Shown piece after piece: positions 58,263 through 64,000 of a stretch of 64,000 bases of DNA. The first letter of the stretch is position 1. Every line of letters starts with the position of its first letter. Source of the stretch: an uncultured SAR86 cluster bacterium (GTDB taxonomy: Bacteria; Pseudomonadota; Gammaproteobacteria; Magnimaribacterales; D2472); contig CALSSL010000001.1 of assembly GCA_943789005.1 (NCBI GenBank), positions 117,688 through 181,687 of the forward strand, written 5' to 3'. The position numbers and the translations under genes were made by a program. A model generated the notes under the pieces. The model was not told the origin of the DNA and did not search any database. It was given only the letters and a program-made list of their open reading frames with translations.

Positions 58263-58291
58263 TCAATTTTACAATAAGGTAGAATCAAGCG

Positions 58292-59632
58292 ATGGAAAAC
58301 TTTGATGAAAAAAATAATCTTGATCAACTATTAGATAATTCATCAGACTTGTCTAATGATGAGGTAAGAAGCCTTCTTAATAAATTATCATCATCAGAAA
58401 TTGCTCATGCCCTAGAGTCCTCTCCACCTAAACAAAGAAAGTTATTTTTTTCACTTTTAGAGACAAATGAAGAAGGAGATGTATTGGCCGATCTTGGAGA
58501 AGAGATTCAACAGGACTTAGTTTCTGGTATATCTAATGAAGAATTGGCTGAAGCTGTAAAAGAGTTGGAGCCAGATGAGACTGTAGATATTCTTCAAAAT
58601 TTACCCGAAGAAAGAATGAACACCATTCTATCTAAAATGTCTTTAAGAGATAGAAAAAGAATAGAGATTGGTCTGACCTACCCTGAAAATACTGCTGGAG
58701 GCCTTTTAAATACAGATGTAATAAGTGTGAGACCTAGTCATACTATTGAAGTGGTTATTAATTATTTAAGAGATCAGAAAGAATTGCCAAACAATACAGA
58801 TAAAATTTTTGTAGTTAACAAGGAAGATGAGTATGTTGGTGAATTAGCAATTGGAAAAATTATAACCAGCAGACCAAAATTATCTGTAAGAGAGGTAATG
58901 GACACAAATGCAAATCCTATTTTTGTTAACCAGGATGATAAAGAAGTGGCAACTATTTTTGAAAGAAATGACATTATATCATCAGCCGTTATTGATGAGT
59001 CGGGTAAATTAATTGGAAGAATAACAATAGATGATGTTTTAGATGTTATTAGAGAAGATGCTGATCAAAATTTTTTAGGTATGGCTGGTGTTGCCGAAGA
59101 TACTTTTGCCCCACCCGGAAGAGCTGCAAAAAGCAGAGTATTTTGGTTAAGTATGAATCTATTAACAGCTTTCATAGCATCTATGACCATCAATATATTT
59201 AAAGATGTTTTAGACCAAATTGTATATCTTGCTATTTTAATGCCTATTGTTGCTAGCATGGGCGGAGTTGCCGCCACCCAGACATTAACAATTGTCTTGA
59301 GAGGTTTGACTTTAGAACAAATTAATTCTTCTAATTTACAATGGTTGTTCAAAAGAGAGTTGGCAGTATCTATTTTGAATGGATTTGTTTTGTCCATACT
59401 AGTTGGTTTAGTTACATTCTTTTGGTTTAATGAAGTACTTCTAGCATTATTGATTTCACTAGCACTAGTCATTAATTTAATAAGTGCAGTAATAGCAGGT
59501 GTCTTTGTACCATTGATTTTGAGAAGCTTAAATCAAGATCCCGCAATTGCGGGAAGTGTTGTGGTAACAACAGTTACAGATGTGATTGGATTTTTATCAT
59601 TCTTAGGACTTGCAACCATATTTTTAATTTAG
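58292..59632 (+). CDS. mgtE: Magnesium transporter MgtE
   Basis: 446 aa with an MgtE N-domain, a CBS pair and a 5-TM C-domain containing PIVASMGGVAATQT and VTTVTDVIGF. Confidence 0.92.
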   Translation: MENFDEKNNLDQLLDNSSDLSNDEVRSLLNKLSSSEIAHALESSPPKQRKLFFSLLETNEEGDVLADLGEEIQQDLVSGISNEELAEAVKELEPDETVDILQNLPEERMNTILSKMSLRDRKRIEIGLTYPENTAGGLLNTDVISVRPSHTIEVVINYLRDQKELPNNTDKIFVVNKEDEYVGELAIGKIITSRPKLSVREVMDTNANPIFVNQDDKEVATIFERNDIISSAVIDESGKLIGRITIDDVLDVIREDADQNFLGMAGVAEDTFAPPGRAAKSRVFWLSMNLLTAFIASMTINIFKDVLDQIVYLAILMPIVASMGGVAATQTLTIVLRGLTLEQINSSNLQWLFKRELAVSILNGFVLSILVGLVTFFWFNEVLLALLISLALVINLISAVIAGVFVPLILRSLNQDPAIAGSVVVTTVTDVIGFLSFLGLATIFLI

Positions 59633-61963
59633 CCTTTTTATTTCAGGCTCATCAATATCTCCTTCAACCTTAAAATTAATTGTTGATATATCTTCAATAG
59701 TATCTTCAAAGATATTTTCAAAAACCATTCCTCCAGCTATAGCTGGAATGCCTCCGAATATAGCAGCATACCAAGGAATATTTTCAGATATCTTTAACCT
59801 TAGTGATAGATCTAAATTTAATTTATCTAACTCCCCTTTTTGATTTTTTAAAACCTCTCCGATCCATTTAAGCGACGCTTCATCTGTTTCAAAAACAATT
59901 GGATATTCTATAAATGCTCTTTTTTTACCTAAAATTATTTTTCCAGAAGCTCTATTAATATTTAAGACATCATCAGATGCATCGTCTAGACCTTCAACAA
60001 TTGCATTTAAATTTAATATTCTAAGAGCTCTTAAGAAAGTAGACTCTGGTATTTCTGTATCTAGGTTTAAATCTTTGATTAAAAAGTCCAACTTACCTTC
60101 TAAATTTAATAAATAATTTAAGCTGTTCCATTGAATATTTAAATCAGTCTCAAAAAAATTAAATCTATATTTTGATAAGTCATTAAAATAACCTGAAGAA
60201 TTATCTAATCTATATTTACCCTTAATTTTAAACAGATCTAAATTACTGTTATAGCTAATATATGCTTTTTGATTATCTTTATTAGGTCCTATTTTTAATC
60301 TTGAACTGTTAATATTAATACTATCAATTGTTAAGATATTTTCATTTCTTAATAAATAAAAATCTACATCTTGTATTAAGTTATCTTCTGTTAGAATATT
60401 TTTACCGATAAATCTTAAGCTTAGGTTATTTATATCGCTTGGTAAGTTGGATTGAGCAAGTTTAATTCCATCGAAATCAAATTTTGTATTATTTAAATTA
60501 ACCTTTATGAAGTTAGTTTTGTCTATATTTATAGTTCCATTTAAACTCTCGCCAACCAAATTAATTATAGTTTCGTCTTTAAATGAGACATTAAAATACT
60601 GATTTAAATATATATTATTTAAAAAATTAAACTTTCCAGATTTCATTTTTATTGATTTCAATATGGCGCTCCTGCTATCTGAGCTGTTAAAAAAGATGTT
60701 GTTAAGATTAATCTCATTTAGATCTAGGTAAACATAAAGTCCATTATTATGGGTAGTGTTTTTTATAGTTTCTTTAAATGCTGAGCCAAAAGAAAAAAAA
60801 CCATATCCATTTGAGTTAATGGAAGCTTCGATATTTTTATTTTTTATTTTATATATTGGCTTATAAATATTTTCTACTAATACAACAGTCTTTAATATTT
60901 CAGTGGGCTCTTTTTTTATCTCATTAATACTTGAAGAAATTTGAGTGTGTGCAAGATTTGATGATAGTTTCATTGAAGTATTTTCTTGAGAAATGTTCAT
61001 AACTAAATTAAAAATCTCTTTGCCCGAAATATTAAAATATCTACTTGGTTCAATTAAAGTGCCCATATCTATTAAGATATCGGTTCTTACTAAAAAATTC
61101 TTATTACTATTGATTTCCAAGGCACCTTTAATTGTTTGATCGGGTATCTCTGATTGAAATAATCCATATAGAGAATTTGATCCAGAAAAGATAGTTGCAT
61201 TAATTTTATCTATTACGTATCCAGAATTATTTACCAGTTTTGAATCATTAAAAATTAATTTATCAACTCTCTTGGATTCTTTAGTTGTAAGATTGAAAAC
61301 TCCCTTAGATCTAAATTCAAGATTAATATCATGATTTTTGAAAGCACTCATATCAAAAAGGTTGCCCTCAATTAATTCGTTGCTGTCAAAAAAATGCAGG
61401 CTTGAGTAATAAATTGATTCTGAAATTACATCAAAAAAAGCTTCTATATTTATAAATGAATAAGCATTGATAACCCCGTTATTAAAAATAGCTTTGGTAT
61501 TTTTTTCACCAAATAATAAGGAAAAAGTTTCTGATTTAATTTCTAAATCATTATTATTAAATTTTAAATTTTTTCCTTTTATGATAATTGGGTCAAAGGC
61601 TTCTTTAGAACTTTGTTCAGAAAAGCGAATCGAATCTATCTCAAGTATAGATAGGCTTATGTATTGTTGAGTTAGTGATTCATAGATATTAACTCCAACC
61701 CTAAAGTTATTAATATAAGCCATCTCATAATCATTTCTATCTTTTATTCTTATTTCTTCGATTAAAAAGTTAGGGCTAAATAAATTTTTATTTGATTTAA
61801 TGTATTTGAAATCAATAGAAAGATTATGTAACAGTGCATAGTCTATTATTTTTAATGTTTGGTTAGGCTTATATATCAAAAAGGTATAAATGCCCCCGAT
61901 AATGACCAGGGAAATGGAAATTAAAAAAAATATATATAAGAAAATTTTTTTGACTTTACTCAC
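59624..61963 (-). CDS. AsmA-like / YhdP-family protein (shortened)
   Basis: 779 aa with one N-terminal TM segment, a long beta-rich Asn/Ile/Lys-rich body and a C-terminal hydrophobic patch (PWYAAIFGGIPAIAGGMVF) followed by NFKVEGDIDEPEIK. It lies downstream of mreBCD, where yhdP sits in E. coli and Pseudomonas. Confidence 0.5.
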   Translation of the reverse strand: MSKVKKIFLYIFFLISISLVIIGGIYTFLIYKPNQTLKIIDYALLHNLSIDFKYIKSNKNLFSPNFLIEEIRIKDRNDYEMAYINNFRVGVNIYESLTQQYISLSILEIDSIRFSEQSSKEAFDPIIIKGKNLKFNNNDLEIKSETFSLLFGEKNTKAIFNNGVINAYSFINIEAFFDVISESIYYSSLHFFDSNELIEGNLFDMSAFKNHDINLEFRSKGVFNLTTKESKRVDKLIFNDSKLVNNSGYVIDKINATIFSGSNSLYGLFQSEIPDQTIKGALEINSNKNFLVRTDILIDMGTLIEPSRYFNISGKEIFNLVMNISQENTSMKLSSNLAHTQISSSINEIKKEPTEILKTVVLVENIYKPIYKIKNKNIEASINSNGYGFFSFGSAFKETIKNTTHNNGLYVYLDLNEINLNNIFFNSSDSRSAILKSIKMKSGKFNFLNNIYLNQYFNVSFKDETIINLVGESLNGTINIDKTNFIKVNLNNTKFDFDGIKLAQSNLPSDINNLSLRFIGKNILTEDNLIQDVDFYLLRNENILTIDSININSSRLKIGPNKDNQKAYISYNSNLDLFKIKGKYRLDNSSGYFNDLSKYRFNFFETDLNIQWNSLNYLLNLEGKLDFLIKDLNLDTEIPESTFLRALRILNLNAIVEGLDDASDDVLNINRASGKIILGKKRAFIEYPIVFETDEASLKWIGEVLKNQKGELDKLNLDLSLRLKISENIPWYAAIFGGIPAIAGGMVFENIFEDTIEDISTINFKVEGDIDEPEIKRLN

Positions 61964-61964
61964 T

Positions 61965-62438
61965 CTATTTTATTGTTAGAGATGGGAAGTAAAATCTTAG
62001 CATTGAAATTATTAAAAATAAAAAAGTATTAAAAATAAGACTTATAAAAAGAATTAGGTAAGAAAAATTTTCTAAATTAATAAATAAATGACTAAAGCCT
62101 ATGTAAAAAGTAGCGGATCCACTAAAAAACATACAAATCTGAATAAAGGAAAAAAGCTTAAATGTATTTGAGTAACTATTAACAGCATAGGCCATCATAG
62201 AAAAAAGTGCAGCATTTAAGCCAATGGGAGAACTAGAAATGAAGTCCACGTATAGACCAAATAAAAAAGCATATAAAGCATTTGTATTAAATCTTGATTT
62301 ATAAATAGCAAAACTGAATATTAAAAAGGTAATGGGTATATTTATGTATGCCTTAATTAATATTGGAGCTAAAAAGCTTTCTAATATATTTGCAATAAAT
62401 ATGATCACTAGGAGCTTAATGTATCCAATATTATTCAT
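61965..62438 (-). CDS. mreD: Rod-shape-determining protein MreD
   Basis: 157 aa polytopic membrane protein directly after mreC. Confidence 0.72.
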   Translation of the reverse strand: MNNIGYIKLLVIIFIANILESFLAPILIKAYINIPITFLIFSFAIYKSRFNTNALYAFLFGLYVDFISSSPIGLNAALFSMMAYAVNSYSNTFKLFSFIQICMFFSGSATFYIGFSHLFINLENFSYLILFISLIFNTFLFLIISMLRFYFPSLTIK

Positions 62439-63268
62439 AATTTTTCTAAGACTCCTATAAAACTACTCTTTAAGGGATTGGCTACTAAATCGATATCGAA
62501 ATGAATATTATTATCATCTATAGCATTAATGCTGGATACGTAACCTATTAAGATGTTGCTAGGGTAAATCCCACCCATCCCTGAAGAGAAGAACTCTTGA
62601 CCAATTTCAATTGGGTCTGGCCAGATAAGCTTACTATAATTACAAGTTATAACTCCTGGCTTTCCAGAGCCTCTCGCATTACAAAAATGATTGTTTGAAA
62701 TTATTGGCATTACATGAGAAACATCAGTAAGAAGAAGTATTTCAGCTATAGACTTATCATAAATAATTTGGCCAAGAATTCCTTGATCGTTTATAACTGT
62801 ACTGCCAATAAAATTAATATCTTTACTATTAAAGATTTTAATAAACATTCTGTGTTGACTGCAGCACAAGTACTTTTCTACATCAAATGAATTAATTTTT
62901 GCAAGATGAAATGGCTTGTTTATTTTATTTAAATCTAAAAATTTCTTAATAGCCTCATCATCTATGAAAAATTTAGAATCTCTTGAGAGAATAAAATTAG
63001 CAATATAGCTATTATCTAGCTCTTGTTTTAATTTTTTATTTTCTTCTATTAATTTAGATTTTTCTTTTGATATCTCGAAAATATAATTGAGTGGATCTAA
63101 TGTAATTCTTTTAATTGTATATGATGAGGAAATTGTAAAAGATTTATAGAGATTTTTTGCTCTCTCAAAGCTTTTATAATTAATATCTAAATAAAGCAAA
63201 AAGGCGGATAATGTTATACAAAGAAAATATAGTGCTTTTGAACCTGAGGTGGGTGCTACCCTCGACAT
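62435..63268 (-). CDS. mreC: Rod-shape-determining protein MreC
   Basis: 277 aa with an N-terminal TM segment, a coiled coil (LIEENKKLKQEL) and a C-terminal beta domain containing GGIYPSNILIGYV. Confidence 0.82.
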   Translation of the reverse strand: MSRVAPTSGSKALYFLCITLSAFLLYLDINYKSFERAKNLYKSFTISSSYTIKRITLDPLNYIFEISKEKSKLIEENKKLKQELDNSYIANFILSRDSKFFIDDEAIKKFLDLNKINKPFHLAKINSFDVEKYLCCSQHRMFIKIFNSKDINFIGSTVINDQGILGQIIYDKSIAEILLLTDVSHVMPIISNNHFCNARGSGKPGVITCNYSKLIWPDPIEIGQEFFSSGMGGIYPSNILIGYVSSINAIDDNNIHFDIDLVANPLKSSFIGVLEKL

Positions 63269-63273
63269 AATAT

Positions 63274-64000
63274 TTACTCAGAAGAAAGTAGATCTATATT
63301 ATATTTATCCATAATTTCTAGAGCTTGACCTCCACCTCTTGCAACACAGGTTAGTGGATCTTCAGCAACTATTACGGGTATTCCAGTAGAGCTTGAGATA
63401 AGTTTATCAAGATCTCTCATTAAAGCGCCGCCGCCAGTTAAGACAATACCTCTCTCAGCAATATCAGCTGCAAGTTCAGGCGGTGATAATTCAAGAGCAT
63501 TTCTTATAGCTCTTACAATTCCATACAAAGGATCTCTCATGGATTCAAATATTTGCTCGCTATTTATTGAAAATGTTTCAGGTATTCCTTCAGCAAGATT
63601 TCTACCAGTGATAGACATTTCGAGTTTTTCTGATTCAGCGGTAGCACATCCAATAGTGTATTTTATTTTTTCTGCAGTTGATTCACCAATAACACATCCA
63701 TAATTTCTTCTAATCCAAGATGTTATTGATTCATCCATTTTATCTCCACCAATTTTTACAGACTCTGCATAAACCACTCCATTCAAGGAAAGAATAGCGA
63801 TCTCAGATGTTCCTCCTCCAATATCGACTACCATATTACCACTTGCTTCTTCTACAGGAAGTCCGGCTCCAATAGCTGCAGCCATTGGCTCTTCTATGAG
63901 TTTTACATCCCTGGCTCCCGCCCCCAGAACAGACTCTCTGATAGCTCTTCTTTCAACTTGGGTAGATCTACATGGAACACAAACCAGCACTCTTGGGCTA
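63274..64000 (-). CDS. mreB: Rod-shape-determining actin homologue MreB (N-terminus off the window)
   Basis: [35 protein letters not shown] and [18 protein letters not shown]. The reading frame stays open to the window edge. Confidence 0.96.
   Translation of the reverse strand, partial: SPRVLVCVPCRSTQVERRAIRESVLGAGARDVKLIEEPMAAAIGAGLPVEEASGNMVVDIGGGTSEIAILSLNGVVYAESVKIGGDKMDESITSWIRRNYGCVIGESTAEKIKYTIGCATAESEKLEMSITGRNLAEGIPETFSINSEQIFESMRDPLYGIVRAIRNALELSPPELAADIAERGIVLTGGGALMRDLDKLISSSTGIPVIVAEDPLTCVARGGGQALEIMDKYNIDLLSSE

Overview
Very AT-rich, extremely gene-dense chromosomal core region of a streamlined gammaproteobacterium; my hand counts of 100-nt samples gave 28 to 48 G+C per 100. 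I support about 77 protein-coding genes, one tRNA-Lys(UUU), the RNase P RNA, three decayed gene remnants and a few regulatory sites. Gene order is a concatenation of blocks that, from my memory of Pseudomonas aeruginosa PAO1 and E. coli K-12 maps, are collinear with those genomes: dapA-bcp / perM-bepA; tRNA-Lys + cpoB-pal-tolBARQ-ybgC ... yebC-aspS; proS; thiolase; recA / fdxA ... pcm-surE-ispDF-ftsB-eno-kdsA-pyrG; alr-dnaB-rplI-rpsR-rpsF; the dcw cluster ftsA ... mraZ; rnpB-rsmI / lipoprotein; sspA-petCBA-rpsI-rplM-zapE / degS; murA-ibaG-mlaC / kdsD-lptA-lptB-rpoN; mgtE; yhdP-like-mreDCB. Many genes expected inside these blocks are missing here. I see no CRISPR array, transposase, integrase, prophage, toxin-antitoxin pair or recognisable defence island, so I cannot honestly claim a new multi-gene system. 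Five observations deserve a second look. (1) A small Hjc/phage-resolvase-like PD-(D/E)XK nuclease sits exactly in the slot normally held by ruvC-ruvA-ruvB. (2) ftsZ is relocated to between mraZ and rsmH, with four 10-bp-phased MraZ-box-like repeats upstream. (3) tolA is split by a +1 frameshift that separates its membrane anchor from its body, and bepA has a similar out-of-frame signal peptide. (4) A multiply disrupted DUF368 pseudogene and a back-to-back pair of 3' gene remnants look like deletion scars. (5) Several essential genes are unusually reduced: ProRS without the INS editing domain, a 341-aa MurD with a non-canonical P-loop, a single OstA-like Lpt protein, an isolated mlaC and a short YhdP-like protein. 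All homology calls come from reading motifs and synteny by eye; no searches were run.
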